Counted from the first letter of the stretch, positions 36,829 through 47,929 are shown. The stretch: 56,303 nt of DNA from an uncultured Candidatus Saccharibacteria bacterium (GCA_964624665.1 CAZUZG010000003.1:1-56303); one strand, 5' to 3'. The notes: generated from the sequence alone by a model not told the origin. Numbers and translations are program-made.

Positions 36829-37821
36829 TTATATTTTCTTAGGCTTATAATTTTCAGGCGCATTTTTTAAATATTCTTCGATCTGCTCTTTCGACAAAAG
36901 GCCTTTTTGCGCGCCGACTTGCTGGACGACCGACATTGAATTGATAGGCCCCCACATCAAAGCTTCCTCGACTGATTTGCCTAAAGCCAGAGCTGAGGTA
37001 AAGGTCGAAGCAAAAGCGTCACCGGCGCCGGTACGGCTATATGGCGGTTTTGGATCAGGATAAGCGTTGATAAGCCAAGCATTCTCGCCGTCCGAAGCAT
37101 AAGCGCCATTTGGGCCATCAGTAATTGCCACGATCTTCGGACCAAAGTCCATAATACCAGCCATTAATTTTTTAACATCTTTTTCTTCTGTTTTTAAAAT
37201 CCTTTGAGCTTCTTCCAAATTGCAAAAAAATGCTTCAGTTCTTTTATAAATATCTTTTAGTTTTTCCGCACCGAGCGACATTTGAAAAGTGCCTGGTTGA
37301 AACGCGAGTTTTATTTCCGGGTGGGCATTTAAATATTCGGCGATTTTTTCATGAAAAAGGCCGGAGTTTCCGCCCAAGGAGCTTAAATATATCCAAGCCG
37401 GCACAGGCATATCTTTTTGGATTTCATAATCATAATCAGCATGCTTGACCAAGATAGTCCGGTCGGCACCGTACCACAAGACATAATGATAATTCGTCGG
37501 CTTATTCGATTCGATTTTTATATAGTCCGTCACGATATTGTCTTTTTTTAAAGATTCCAAGCACTCCTTGCCATTTTGGTCGTCGCCGATATTTGTCAAA
37601 AGTGCGGATTTAAGTCCGAGGCGGGAAGCCGAAACGGCGGCATTTGGGCTATTACCGACAGCTCGCACAATTTCGACAAATTCATAAGGGATTTTATCGC
37701 CAAAACGCATGCAAAGTTCGCATTGATTGGTCATCTTATTGCATTCGACATGTGCGTCATTTAGCCTGATAAATGCGTCGGTCGTAATGTCGCCTATAGC
37801 CAGAAAATCAATTTTTTCCAT
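36829..37821 (-). CDS. PfkB-family carbohydrate kinase
   Basis: N.AV..SRLG, IGDD, TGAGDAF. Confidence 0.9.
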   Translation of the reverse strand: MEKIDFLAIGDITTDAFIRLNDAHVECNKMTNQCELCMRFGDKIPYEFVEIVRAVGNSPNAAVSASRLGLKSALLTNIGDDQNGKECLESLKKDNIVTDYIKIESNKPTNYHYVLWYGADRTILVKHADYDYEIQKDMPVPAWIYLSSLGGNSGLFHEKIAEYLNAHPEIKLAFQPGTFQMSLGAEKLKDIYKRTEAFFCNLEEAQRILKTEEKDVKKLMAGIMDFGPKIVAITDGPNGAYASDGENAWLINAYPDPKPPYSRTGAGDAFASTFTSALALGKSVEEALMWGPINSMSVVQQVGAQKGLLSKEQIEEYLKNAPENYKPKKI

Positions 37822-37869
37822 ATGTGGATTTTAGCATATTTTTCAATAAAAAATGATATAATTCGGACA

Positions 37870-38721
37870 ATGAAAACCTTAAAGGAATACATCAAAGAAG
37901 CGGAAGATAAAAAGGTCGCCATTGGGCATTTTAATATTTCCAATATTGAAGGCCTTTATGCTGTATTTAATGCTGCTAAGAATTTGAATGTTCCGGTGAT
38001 TATCGGCGTCTCTGAGGGTGAACGAGATTTTATAGGCGTCAGACAGGTTGTCGCTTTGGTTAAAAGTTTGAGAGAGCAATATGATTTTCCGATTTTTATA
38101 AATGCCGATCATACTTATTCGGTTGATAGGGTAAAGGAAGCCATTGATGCCGGTTTTGATGCAGTTATTTACGATGGTGCCGACAAGCCTTTTGAAGAAA
38201 ATCTCCAAAATACAAAAGAGTGCGTGAATTATGCTCGCGTAAAAAATCCAAATATTTTAATTGAAGCTGAAATAGGCTACATCGGTTCCGGTTCAAATAT
38301 TAAAGAAAGCATACCAGAAGGCGCTGGCATCAAGACTAGCCCAGAAGAAGCTAAAAAATTTACCGAAGAAACCTGGATCGATCTCTTGGCGCCGTCGGTC
38401 GGCAGTATTCATGGTCTTGTTAAAAGCGGCAAGCCGCATATCGACGGTCCTTTGGTCAAAGAAATAAGAGAATCAGCCCGCGTCCCGCTTGTGCTTCATG
38501 GCGGTTCTGGTTTGATTGATGAAGATTTTTTGAATGCTATCAATTCCGGTATTTCCATTATTCATATTTCGACCGAGCTTCGCCTGGCTTTTACTCAAGC
38601 TTTGAAACTTTCAATCCAAGAAAATCCGGATGAAACGACTCCTTATAAAATTATGAAGCCGGCAGTTCAAGCTATGCAAAAAGTAGTCGAAGCAAGGCTT
38701 AAATTGTTTAATAAGCTCTAA
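37870..38721 (+). CDS. fba: class II fructose-bisphosphate aldolase
   Basis: ADH, EAEIGYIG, GSIHG, LVLHGGSG. Confidence 0.92.
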   Translation: MKTLKEYIKEAEDKKVAIGHFNISNIEGLYAVFNAAKNLNVPVIIGVSEGERDFIGVRQVVALVKSLREQYDFPIFINADHTYSVDRVKEAIDAGFDAVIYDGADKPFEENLQNTKECVNYARVKNPNILIEAEIGYIGSGSNIKESIPEGAGIKTSPEEAKKFTEETWIDLLAPSVGSIHGLVKSGKPHIDGPLVKEIRESARVPLVLHGGSGLIDEDFLNAINSGISIIHISTELRLAFTQALKLSIQENPDETTPYKIMKPAVQAMQKVVEARLKLFNKL

Positions 38722-38730
38722 TCATTTGAA

Positions 38731-39402
38731 ATGATCGATTATTATCATATTCTCATCTTGTTATTTATCTGGGCTATCGGCTGGATCGGTTATTTTTATT
38801 CAGGCAAAGGAAAATTGAAAATAGCCAGAGATGCGGATTTGTCCATCGTTTATTTTTTATTTTTGGCTTTTATTTCATATCTTTCCGTAAAAAGCATTTT
38901 GCCGGCTTTTATAATAAATGAATTGCCGAATTATTTTTTTACTGTTCTAGTAATTTTTATTGCTGTAAATCATATCTATTTCTTGATTAGAAAGAAATTT
39001 AAAGAGCCTTTGGTTCATATAGAAAATCATCCCACCGATGAATGGCTCAGGGCTAATCGGCAGTCTATATTCATAACATCATCACATATTCTTTTTCAGC
39101 AAATTATAATTACCGGCTTGGTTTTTTCGATCTATAATACTTTTCCTGACTTAAATCATGTTATGAAGTATTTTGCCATTATGTTTTCTATAATGCACTT
39201 GCCTTTGATTTTTTTTAAAGGATTTGAATTTGCAGTTATGTATACTTTGCCGGCCTTTTTTGCCTCAATAATATTCTCTTATCTATTGCTTAATTTTATT
39301 CCATACGGCTTTATTTTGAATTACATAATTCACTGGTCTTTTTATGCTTTGATCACTTATCTGTTTTGGAGAAATGGAAATAAAAACCAAATACAAATAT
39401 GA
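38731..39402 (+). CDS. multi-pass membrane protein
   Basis: About 7 TM segments; FQQ, H and HW residues loosely resemble CPBP intramembrane proteases. Confidence 0.7.
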   Translation: MIDYYHILILLFIWAIGWIGYFYSGKGKLKIARDADLSIVYFLFLAFISYLSVKSILPAFIINELPNYFFTVLVIFIAVNHIYFLIRKKFKEPLVHIENHPTDEWLRANRQSIFITSSHILFQQIIITGLVFSIYNTFPDLNHVMKYFAIMFSIMHLPLIFFKGFEFAVMYTLPAFFASIIFSYLLLNFIPYGFILNYIIHWSFYALITYLFWRNGNKNQIQI

Positions 39403-41027
39403 TAGAAGAAATAAAAAAATTCTTTAAGGGCGATGTTTTGAATGACGAAATAACGCTTCGAAATTATAGCCATGATGCGAGCCTTTTTGAAATTGCACCA
39501 AAAATTGTCGCTTATCCGAAAGATTCGGAAGATGTGAAAAATTTGGTTAAATGGGTCAGTGAAAATAAATCTAAATATCCAGAACTTTCTATTACTGCCA
39601 GAAGCGCCGGAACTGACATGACAGGCGGACCTTTGAATGATTCTATCATTCTTGATTTTACGAGGTATATGAATAAGTTTATCGGTCTTAATTCGCATGC
39701 GAATGCGACAGTACAGCCCGGCATGTTTTACCGGGATTTTGAAAAGATAACTTTGGAAAAAGGTTTGATAATGCCAAGCTATCCGGCTTCGAAAAGCATT
39801 TGCGCCGTAGGCGGCATGTTTGCCAATAATTCCGGCGGTGAAAAGACCTTGCGCTACGGCAAGACTGAAGACTATGTCAAAAGCGTAAAAATTGTCTTGA
39901 GCGATGGCAATGAATATGAAATCAAATCTCTAAATAAAATAGAATTGGAAAAGAAAATCAGTCAAAACGACACAGAAGGTAATTTGTATAAAAACATAAA
40001 AAAACTGATTGAAGAAAACAGGGAAATAATAAAAAACTCCAAGCCGAATGTTTCTAAAAATTCAGCCGGATATTATATTTGGAATGTAGAATCAGATAAA
40101 AGTTTTGATCTAAATAAATTATTGGTCGGTTCTCAGGGCACTTTGGGTATCGTGACAGAAATAACTTTTAAATTGATTCCGGCAAAAAAATATTCCAGAC
40201 TCGCGGTCATTTATTTGAAAGATTTGAAAAATCTCGGTCAGATTGTAAATAAAACATTAAAATTAAATCCAGAAAGCATGGAGTCTTACGATGATCATAC
40301 TCTTAAAATAGCCACAAAATTATTTTATGAATTTTTAAAAGGCCGCGGATTTTTCGGAGGCTTGAAATTCATGTTTAACTTTGTGGAAGATTTTTTGATG
40401 ATTTTGACCGGAGGCATTCCAAAGCTAATTCTTTTAGTTGAATTTGCCGAAGACGACATGAACTTGATCGATCAAAAAATGGAGACCCTTAAAAAATCTC
40501 TCGGTTCTTATTATTTGAAATTTAAAATCACCAAATCAGAAATAGAAACCAGAAAATATTGGGATATCCGCCATGAAAGCTTTAATCTTTTGCGAAAACA
40601 TGTCAAAGGCAGGCGGACCGCGCCGTTTATCGATGATTTTATCGTTCGACCGGAATTCTTGCCAGAGTTTTTGCCGAAACTTGAAGCAATTTTAAGCAAA
40701 TATAATTTGCTCTATACGATAGCCGGCCATCCTGGCAATGGCAATTTTCACATTATCCCGCTAATTGATAAATCGACAAATGTTGATAAGATAATACTTG
40801 AGCTTTCAGAAAAGGTTTACAGCCTGGTTTTGGAGCATAAAGGCTCGATTACGGCGGAGCATAACGACGGAATCATTAGGACGCCGTTTTTGCTTCAGAT
40901 GTATGGTGAAAAAATAATCAACATATTCAAAGAAGTTAAAAGAATTTTTGACCCGCTCGATATTTTTAATCCGGGCAAAAAGACTTTTTATACGAAAAAT
41001 GACATCACAAGATATCTCGCAAAATAA
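39399..41027 (+). CDS. FAD-linked oxidase (GlcD/D-lactate dehydrogenase family)
   Basis: RSAGT, GSQGTLG, AEHNDG, DP..IFNPGK. Confidence 0.9.
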   Translation: MIEEIKKFFKGDVLNDEITLRNYSHDASLFEIAPKIVAYPKDSEDVKNLVKWVSENKSKYPELSITARSAGTDMTGGPLNDSIILDFTRYMNKFIGLNSHANATVQPGMFYRDFEKITLEKGLIMPSYPASKSICAVGGMFANNSGGEKTLRYGKTEDYVKSVKIVLSDGNEYEIKSLNKIELEKKISQNDTEGNLYKNIKKLIEENREIIKNSKPNVSKNSAGYYIWNVESDKSFDLNKLLVGSQGTLGIVTEITFKLIPAKKYSRLAVIYLKDLKNLGQIVNKTLKLNPESMESYDDHTLKIATKLFYEFLKGRGFFGGLKFMFNFVEDFLMILTGGIPKLILLVEFAEDDMNLIDQKMETLKKSLGSYYLKFKITKSEIETRKYWDIRHESFNLLRKHVKGRRTAPFIDDFIVRPEFLPEFLPKLEAILSKYNLLYTIAGHPGNGNFHIIPLIDKSTNVDKIILELSEKVYSLVLEHKGSITAEHNDGIIRTPFLLQMYGEKIINIFKEVKRIFDPLDIFNPGKKTFYTKNDITRYLAK

Positions 41028-42591
41028 TAAATACGAAGGTTTTGGCACAAGGATTTCATCCTCATCTTTTACGGCGGAGGGCAAACCTTGGGCAGAAGTT
41101 GTTGTAGATAAGATCTTTGAGGTTTTTCCAAATGAAAATGTTTACACTTGCGCAGCCGGCATTAGTCCTTCGGGCCTGGTGCATTTTGGCAATTTTAGAG
41201 ATGTTATGACCGCGCAGGCTGTCTTAGGCGAATTAAAAAAGCGCGGCAAGAAGACCCGCATGATTTTCTCTTGGGACGATTTTGACCGACTTAGAAAAGT
41301 GCCGGATGGCGTCGATCAGAGTTTTGAAAAATATATCGGCATGCCCTTAACTTCTGTGCCTGATCCTTTAGGCCAGCATGCTTCCTATGCCAGAAGTTTT
41401 GAAGTTGTGTTTGAGGAATCCATGAAAGAGCTTGGAATTGAAATGGAATTCAAATCTCAAACTGAACAATATAAGAGCGGAGCTTATGATGATTTGATCA
41501 TTAAAGCCATGCAAAATCGACTGGAGATTGCCGATGTCCTGCTTTCTTTTATGACTGAAAAAAGCAAAGGTGAAAAGGGGATTGACTCGAAGCATTATAA
41601 GGAAAATTTTTATCCTATTTCTGTTTATTCAAAATGGAGCGGCCGAGACAATACAAAGATTTTAAATTACGACGGACAAAACACTATCACTTACAAGTGC
41701 TTTGATACTGGAAATGAAGAAACTATTGATATTAAAAAAGATCATATTGTAAAACTTTCTTGGAAAGTCGACTGGCCGATGCGATGGCTTTTTGAAGGCG
41801 TTGTTTTTGAGCCGGGCGGCAAAGATCACGCTTCGCCAGGCGGCAGCTACGATACTTCGAGCGTAATATCTAAAAAGATTTTTGACAAAGAAGCTCCAGT
41901 TTTTGTCGGCTATGAATTTGTCGGCTTGCGGGGACTTGGAGCAAAGATGTCTGGTTCGAAGGGCAACGCAGTTACGCCCGCGACACTTTTAGAGATATAT
42001 GAGCCGAATTTGCTTAAATGGCTTTATTTGAGGCGTTTGCCAAATCAGGCTTTTGAATTGGCTTTTGATACTGAAATTTATAGGCAGTATGATGAATACG
42101 ATCGTGAATTCAAAACAAATGCAATTCCGTTTAAGCAAGCGGTATCTTTTGGGCAGATAATAGGCTGGGACAAAGAAAAATTAGCTCAATTCTTAAAATC
42201 TGCAGGATTAAATTATAATGAGTCCTCCATTGCTATAAGATTGGAAAAAGCTAAAGCTTGGCTTGAAACTTATAATCAGACCGAGATGATCGTGCTTAGG
42301 GCAGATACAAATAAAGATTATATTGAAAATATGTCTAATGAATCCAAAAACAATGTTCGAAAATTTAGAGAAGTATTGGCTGAAAATATTTCAACTACCG
42401 AAGAGCTGGAAAAAGTCATGTACGACATTCCAAAAGATCCAAGTTTGACCGATAAGGAAAATAGTCCTCGCCAGCGCGCATTCTTTAAAGATATTTATAA
42501 TCTGCTTATAAGCGTCGATACCGGCCCGCGTCTTTCAACTTTCCTTTGGGCGTTAGATCGTCAAAAAGTTCTTGATTTATTGACAGTTTAG
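40999..42591 (+). CDS. lysS: class I lysyl-tRNA synthetase
   Basis: GISPSGLVHFGN (HIGH), WKVDWPMRW, EPGGKDH, KMSGSKG, GPRL. Confidence 0.93.
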   Translation: MTSQDISQNNKYEGFGTRISSSSFTAEGKPWAEVVVDKIFEVFPNENVYTCAAGISPSGLVHFGNFRDVMTAQAVLGELKKRGKKTRMIFSWDDFDRLRKVPDGVDQSFEKYIGMPLTSVPDPLGQHASYARSFEVVFEESMKELGIEMEFKSQTEQYKSGAYDDLIIKAMQNRLEIADVLLSFMTEKSKGEKGIDSKHYKENFYPISVYSKWSGRDNTKILNYDGQNTITYKCFDTGNEETIDIKKDHIVKLSWKVDWPMRWLFEGVVFEPGGKDHASPGGSYDTSSVISKKIFDKEAPVFVGYEFVGLRGLGAKMSGSKGNAVTPATLLEIYEPNLLKWLYLRRLPNQAFELAFDTEIYRQYDEYDREFKTNAIPFKQAVSFGQIIGWDKEKLAQFLKSAGLNYNESSIAIRLEKAKAWLETYNQTEMIVLRADTNKDYIENMSNESKNNVRKFREVLAENISTTEELEKVMYDIPKDPSLTDKENSPRQRAFFKDIYNLLISVDTGPRLSTFLWALDRQKVLDLLTV

Positions 42592-42646
42592 CAATTTACT
42601 GTTAATGTTTTGGCAGAAAATAGTATTAACCTCAAAAAATCAAAAT

Positions 42647-42820
42647 ATGGGATTTGTAAAATTTACCAGTTCTCCTGACTTAGGCAGCGGATTAATGATG
42701 TTTGCATTTATTATTTTAATAATGGCAACTTTGTTTATTTTGCAGGACAAAATGCAACAGCCGGATAATTCATCTGTTTCGGACAAAAATAAAGAAACAG
42801 CCGAATCTGATGCAGAGTAG
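42647..42820 (+). CDS. small single-TM protein
   Basis: One hydrophobic helix; followed by terminator 42837-42865. Confidence 0.55.
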   Translation: MGFVKFTSSPDLGSGLMMFAFIILIMATLFILQDKMQQPDNSSVSDKNKETAESDAE

Positions 42821-42885
42821 AAATCCTAGTTTTATTAAACATCTGCAAAAGCAGGTGTTTTTTTTGCTACTAATTTAAATATAAA

Positions 42886-42914
42886 AAAAGCACAGTCGTT
42901 TTGACTGTGCTTTT
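42886..42914 (-). terminator. intrinsic terminator
   Basis: AAAAGCACAGTC / GACTGTGCTTTT. Confidence 0.7.
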
Positions 42915-42938
42915 GTATGTGATTTTGAAAAATTGCTT

Positions 42939-43406
42939 TTAAGCAAGCGATAGCGGTTGAGCTAAAGATTTTCTATCTTCAGCTTTGCTAAATTCAAGCT
43001 TAAGTCCAAATACAATTCCAAGCAAGAATGCAAAGATTAGTCCAAATAACATTTCTTCCACCAGGGGCCCGGATCCGGCTAATCTAATCATTACCAGGTC
43101 GATCAACAGCGCTAATATAAACCAGATCCCTAATCCAGCTGCCAGGCAATAGCGCAAACCTTTTCCTTCGTAAGATTTTAATTTCAATCCAGGTTTAAGG
43201 GTTGGTAAAATAAAACAAATACCGCGACTCATGATCAAATACAGAATAATGGAAGGAAAAATAATGTTGAAAAAGACTTGCATGTTGATGTGCGCATCGT
43301 CCGACAAGCTTCTTACTTCGTTGAAAATGTGCCTGAAATAAAGAGCGTTGAAGATAGTAATAGTCATCACAATCAGGAATTGGATTTTTTGATTCAATTT
43401 TTGCAT
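42939..43406 (-). CDS. four-TM membrane protein
   Basis: Four hydrophobic segments. Confidence 0.7.
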   Translation of the reverse strand: MQKLNQKIQFLIVMTITIFNALYFRHIFNEVRSLSDDAHINMQVFFNIIFPSIILYLIMSRGICFILPTLKPGLKLKSYEGKGLRYCLAAGLGIWFILALLIDLVMIRLAGSGPLVEEMLFGLIFAFLLGIVFGLKLEFSKAEDRKSLAQPLSLA

Positions 43407-43558
43407 GGTTTTTTAGTTTTTAAGGGTTAAATTTTTCTTTTTTTAACGTGACAAGTTCGGCTGACACAGTATCATATATAAATTTACGAGTCAAGTATTT
43501 AGCTAATTCACTTGTATATGGTTTACATTTAATAATATTTGTATATAATGGATCCATT

Positions 43559-44191
43559 ATGTTTACGATTCAAGTAAAACCAAGAGATGCGAAAAAAGGA
43601 TTGTCTTTTTTAAGAGAAAGCGGTCTATTGCCGGCTGTTTTTTACGGCGCTGGCAAGAAATCAACCCCAATTGTTTTAGACGAGAGAGAATTTGAAAAGA
43701 TTTGGAAAAAGGCTGGAGAGTCCACAACTGTTACTATTAAAACACCGGAGGGCGATGTTGATGCATTGATCCACGAAGTTACTATGGATCCAGTAAAAGG
43801 CAATCCGATTCATGTGGATTTCTTGGTTGTCGATATGAATAAGACCATTCAGGTCGGCATTCCTTTGGAATTTACTGGGGTATCCGAAGCTGTAAAAAGA
43901 GGACTCGGTGTTTTGGTCAAAGTGTTGCACGAAATAGAAATTGAGGCTTTGCCGAAAAATTTGCCTCATGAAATCATGGTAGATGTTTCCAAGCTTGCCA
44001 CAACCGATGATCAGATTTTAGTAAAAGACCTTATTATGCCAAATGGCGTTAAGGCTATAACGGACGGCGATGAAGTTGTCGCAGCTATTGCTATTCAAAA
44101 AGAAGAGGGCGCCGAAGTTTCAGGTCCTACAGATTTGTCTCAAATAGAAGTTGAAAAGAAAGGCAAAAAAGAAGAGGAAACAGAGGCTTAA
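43559..44191 (+). CDS. rplY: 50S ribosomal protein L25/Ctc
   Basis: LR..GLLPAVFYG, HVDF, IEALP.NLP. Confidence 0.93.
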   Translation: MFTIQVKPRDAKKGLSFLRESGLLPAVFYGAGKKSTPIVLDEREFEKIWKKAGESTTVTIKTPEGDVDALIHEVTMDPVKGNPIHVDFLVVDMNKTIQVGIPLEFTGVSEAVKRGLGVLVKVLHEIEIEALPKNLPHEIMVDVSKLATTDDQILVKDLIMPNGVKAITDGDEVVAAIAIQKEEGAEVSGPTDLSQIEVEKKGKKEEETEA

Positions 44192-44242
44192 ATCTATTTT
44201 CAATCCGGTTTCAATTAACCGCATATATATTATTATGTTATA

Positions 44243-45691
44243 ATGAGTGTTCCTATGGTGAAGGATTCTTTTTTATCGTATTTCAAAATATTTTTACCAA
44301 TTTTTATATTTGGAATTCTGCTGTTTTTGTCATTTGGCGTTTTAGTGGTACAAGCTGAGACCGACCCGGCCATTACCGAATGTAAAAATTTTATTGCTCA
44401 GGCTCCGCAATCTGATCTGTCTAATCCTGCAAGCAAAGCCGCTCAATGCAAGACTTTGATCGATCTTTTTGCCGAACTTGCCGAACAGCAGGCTAAATTG
44501 GCTGACCAGCAAGGCGTCACAGGTTCTTTGCAGGGCGATATTAAAAATCTGACTGGTCAGATCACGCAAAAGAAAACTCAGATTAAGGCTAAAATTGCAC
44601 ATATCAATGTGCTAACGAATTCAATCAGTGAAAAAAAAGCAACCATACAAACCCTTTCTAGCAAGATTCAGGGTCAGAAAAATTCCCTGGCTCAGCTCTT
44701 GCGCAAAACCAATGAACTAGACCGGTCTTCGTTGGTTAATTTTATGCTTTCAGCCGCCTCAGTTTCGCAATTTTATTCGGACTTGAGCGATTTTGGCACG
44801 CTTGAATCTCAGATCAAGGAATCTGTAGATGAAATAAAAACAACCAAGAGCGCAACAGAAAAGAAAAAAGCCGAGCTTGAAGTTGAGCAGAATAAAACAA
44901 TTGATGAAAAACAGTCTCTTTTGCAAGTGCAAGATAGTCTTGCAAAAAAGCAATCAACTCAAAAAACTTTGCTTTCGATCAGCAAGGACAAAGAAGCCAG
45001 CTACAAGAAGCTTATCGCTGAGCAGCAGGCAAAGGTGGCTCAAATCAAAGCCAGACTCTTCCAGCTTGCCGGTGGCGCCAAAGCCATTCGATTTGATGTT
45101 GCTTTGCAATTCGCCGAAATAGCAAAAGCAGCGACAGGCATTGACCCGGCTTTTCTTCTGGCAATTGCGACGCAAGAATCAAACTTAGGCGCTAATGTCG
45201 GCTCTTGTTATTTGACAGATCCGGCGACTGGCGCCGGCGTAAGCGTCAAAAGCGGCAAATCATTTCCAAATGTTATGAAACCATCCAGAGATGTACCACC
45301 ATTCTTAGATGTTGTAAGCCGGCTCGGTTTTGATCCGATGAAAACATTCGTTTCTTGTCCTATTCCTAGTGCCGGCGGATGGGGAGGCGCCATGGGTCCG
45401 GCGCAGTTTATCGCTTCGACTTGGAGGATATTTGAAAACAGGCTTTCAATTGCCCTGAAAAAATCAGTTCCGAATCCATGGGAAGCAGAAGACGCTTTTA
45501 TGGCTTCAGCAATGTATTTGACTGATCTCGGAGCGATTGGGGATAGTTATACATCTCAAATCAGGGCTGCTTGCAAATATTACGGCACTGGCGGATCAAG
45601 CTGTTCTTATGGCAAAAGCGTGATGAAACTTGCTGTTAGCATTCAGAGCGATATTGATTACTTGAAGGAATATGGGGTATCTAGAAGATAG
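44243..45691 (+). CDS. coiled-coil lytic murein transglycosylase
   Basis: N-terminal TM, long coiled coil, QES, GGAMGPAQFIASTW, NPW. Confidence 0.85.
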   Translation: MSVPMVKDSFLSYFKIFLPIFIFGILLFLSFGVLVVQAETDPAITECKNFIAQAPQSDLSNPASKAAQCKTLIDLFAELAEQQAKLADQQGVTGSLQGDIKNLTGQITQKKTQIKAKIAHINVLTNSISEKKATIQTLSSKIQGQKNSLAQLLRKTNELDRSSLVNFMLSAASVSQFYSDLSDFGTLESQIKESVDEIKTTKSATEKKKAELEVEQNKTIDEKQSLLQVQDSLAKKQSTQKTLLSISKDKEASYKKLIAEQQAKVAQIKARLFQLAGGAKAIRFDVALQFAEIAKAATGIDPAFLLAIATQESNLGANVGSCYLTDPATGAGVSVKSGKSFPNVMKPSRDVPPFLDVVSRLGFDPMKTFVSCPIPSAGGWGGAMGPAQFIASTWRIFENRLSIALKKSVPNPWEAEDAFMASAMYLTDLGAIGDSYTSQIRAACKYYGTGGSSCSYGKSVMKLAVSIQSDIDYLKEYGVSRR

Positions 45692-45745
45692 GATTTTTGC
45701 ATTTATGTTGCCAGAATAAACAAGACATGCTATTATCTCTCTATT

Positions 45746-45967
45746 ATGAAAAGCGATATTCACCCAAAATATTATCCAAATGCCAAGATGGCCTGCGCTT
45801 GCGGCGCAGTATATGAGATAGGCTCTACAAAAGAGAATTTTTCTGTGGAAATTTGCAGCAATTGCCATCCTTTTTACACTGGCAAGGAAAATATTCTAGA
45901 TGCGGCAGGGCGTGTTGATAAATTCAAAAAGCGCCAGGCTGTTTCCGCAAGCAAGGCTAAGAAATAA
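45746..45967 (+). CDS. rpmE: 50S ribosomal protein L31 (Zn-binding)
   Basis: MKSDIHPKY, CACG, CSNCHPFYTG. Confidence 0.97.
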   Translation: MKSDIHPKYYPNAKMACACGAVYEIGSTKENFSVEICSNCHPFYTGKENILDAAGRVDKFKKRQAVSASKAKK

Positions 45968-45982
45968 ACTTTCGTTTTTTTT

Positions 45983-46963
45983 GTGCAAAACATAGATGAA
46001 TTAAAAAAGAATCCGAAAACTTCGCATTTGGCTGAGGTTTATGAGAAGCTGATGCATGATGAAGAAAACATCCGCGACCTGATGGAAGCGGATGATTCTT
46101 TGATTGAGCTCGGTAAAGAAGATTTATCTAACATAAAAATCCAAATGGAAGCGATCCAAAATCAGATCGATGAAATTTTGGCGTCTGAAAAAGAAGAAGA
46201 GGATTTTCCAAATGAAGTTATTTTGGAAGTTCGAGCTGGCGCCGGCGGAGACGAAGCTTCGCTTTTTGCCCTGGAATTGGCCGAAATGTATCAAAAGTAT
46301 GCTGGCCAATTGAATTGGTCTTGGAGAATTATACATGAATCAAAGAGCGCCGTGGGCGGCTACAAAGAAGGAGTTTTTGAAATACGAGGCAAAGACGCTT
46401 ATCGCAAGCTTAGATTTGAGACCGGAGTGCATCGCATTCAAAGAATTCCAGCCACTGAAAAAACCGGCCGAATTCATACTTCGACCGCATCTGTCGCGAT
46501 CTTGCCCATAAGAAAAAAACATAAATTTGAAATCAATCCGGCAGATCTGGAAATGGAATTCTCGAGGTCCGGCGGCGCCGGCGGACAAAATGTGAACAAA
46601 GTTGAAACAGCCGTAAGAGTCATCCATAAGCCGACCGGCATTGATGTGCGCTCGACCAGCGAACGCAGCCAGCTCAAAAACAGGGAACAGGCCATGTCTA
46701 TCCTTATCTCAAAACTCGAAGCTTTGCAGGAAGAGCAGGATGCCAAAAAATACGCCGCTGAAAGAAAAGATCAAATAGGTACCGGCGATCGTTCGGAAAA
46801 AATCAGAACATATAATGAACCTCAAGACAGAGTCACCGATCATCGCATTAAAAAATCCTGGCATAATCTTAATGGTATTTTAAGAGAAGGGGATTTAGAA
46901 GATATTATTGAAGACTTAACTCTCGGCCGTACGGGCACGGAAGATTTGACTGATTCTGATTAA
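45983..46963 (+). CDS. prfA: peptide chain release factor 1
   Basis: GAGGDEA, PAT anticodon motif, [12 protein letters not shown]. Confidence 0.95.
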   Translation: MQNIDELKKNPKTSHLAEVYEKLMHDEENIRDLMEADDSLIELGKEDLSNIKIQMEAIQNQIDEILASEKEEEDFPNEVILEVRAGAGGDEASLFALELAEMYQKYAGQLNWSWRIIHESKSAVGGYKEGVFEIRGKDAYRKLRFETGVHRIQRIPATEKTGRIHTSTASVAILPIRKKHKFEINPADLEMEFSRSGGAGGQNVNKVETAVRVIHKPTGIDVRSTSERSQLKNREQAMSILISKLEALQEEQDAKKYAAERKDQIGTGDRSEKIRTYNEPQDRVTDHRIKKSWHNLNGILREGDLEDIIEDLTLGRTGTEDLTDSD

Positions 46964-47203
46964 CATTGTTTATTTTATTTATTGACTTTACAACTCGTGA
47001 ATAGTTTGGTAAATTATTTCTCTATTGTTCTTTGAATAAATTTTCTTTGAATTTTTGCAAGAAGCAGATAGGAAGTAAATTTTTATTTTCTGCCTGCTTC
47101 TTGTGGCCGGGGCACAAGAACACAAGCGAACACCCTGGCCTTAATACTGGCGGCCTTAATGCGACAAATAGCCAGTAAAAATAAAAATTAAAAAAATAGA
47201 AAA

Positions 47204-47746
47204 ATGAAAAAAAGCACATTTCTTCAGTTAATTATTGTTGCCATGTCTGCCATGGCAACAACAGTGACAGGCAATGCTTCAGTCGGCTCAAATGAGGTAT
47301 TTATGAAATCGAAGATTTCAGAATTTACCGGCTTGACTGTTGTCAGGATATCCGATTTTTTTAGCACCATTTACAACATGTCGCCAGGCGTAGGGGATAT
47401 GGTAAATAAAATTTTTGGACCGGCTAAAACATTGTTGCCATCGCTGTACGGTTTCTTGACCTCGGATAAATCTGGCTTTCTGCTTGATCCATCAAAAAAG
47501 CACACGGCAACATTGACCATGTCTCAAATGAAAAGCACAGGCTGGTCATTGCTTTGTGATTTTCATGCCCGTGGATCGATCTCAATTTCCGCTTTTAAAA
47601 CAAAAGCTCTGGAAATGGGTTATGATCCTTTGGTTGTGGATAAATTTAGCACCAAACTCGAAAAGGAGAGTGCTGAAATTAAAAAGGGAAGACCTTTTTA
47701 TGTTTCTGTCACCTCTAATAATGTTTTAGAAGAGGCTACTGTTTAA
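47204..47746 (+). CDS. hypothetical protein (paralogue A)
   Basis: 180 aa with signal-like N-terminus; own terminator 47778-47809. Confidence 0.7.
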   Translation: MKKSTFLQLIIVAMSAMATTVTGNASVGSNEVFMKSKISEFTGLTVVRISDFFSTIYNMSPGVGDMVNKIFGPAKTLLPSLYGFLTSDKSGFLLDPSKKHTATLTMSQMKSTGWSLLCDFHARGSISISAFKTKALEMGYDPLVVDKFSTKLEKESAEIKKGRPFYVSVTSNNVLEEATV

Positions 47747-47929
47747 ATTTAAAGTTCCCCGGGCTTTAAATTAATTCAAACGCACCAAGATATTCTTGGT
47801 GCGTTTTTTCTTTACATCCGGCAAATTATATAGTAGATTGTTAGACATTGTTCTTTTAAAAACTGGCGATGCTGTCGACGGCCAGAAAAAGATACTTATG
47901 TTGGCAGAAAAATCAAAAAAGTAAAAAAT

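Noticed and set aside
44216-44243. dif-like site TAACCGCATAT-ATATTA-TTATGTTATAA
   Set aside because: The XerD-like half is equally explained by an extended -10 (TGTTATAAT), and gene orientation does not flip here; cannot be supported without GC-skew data
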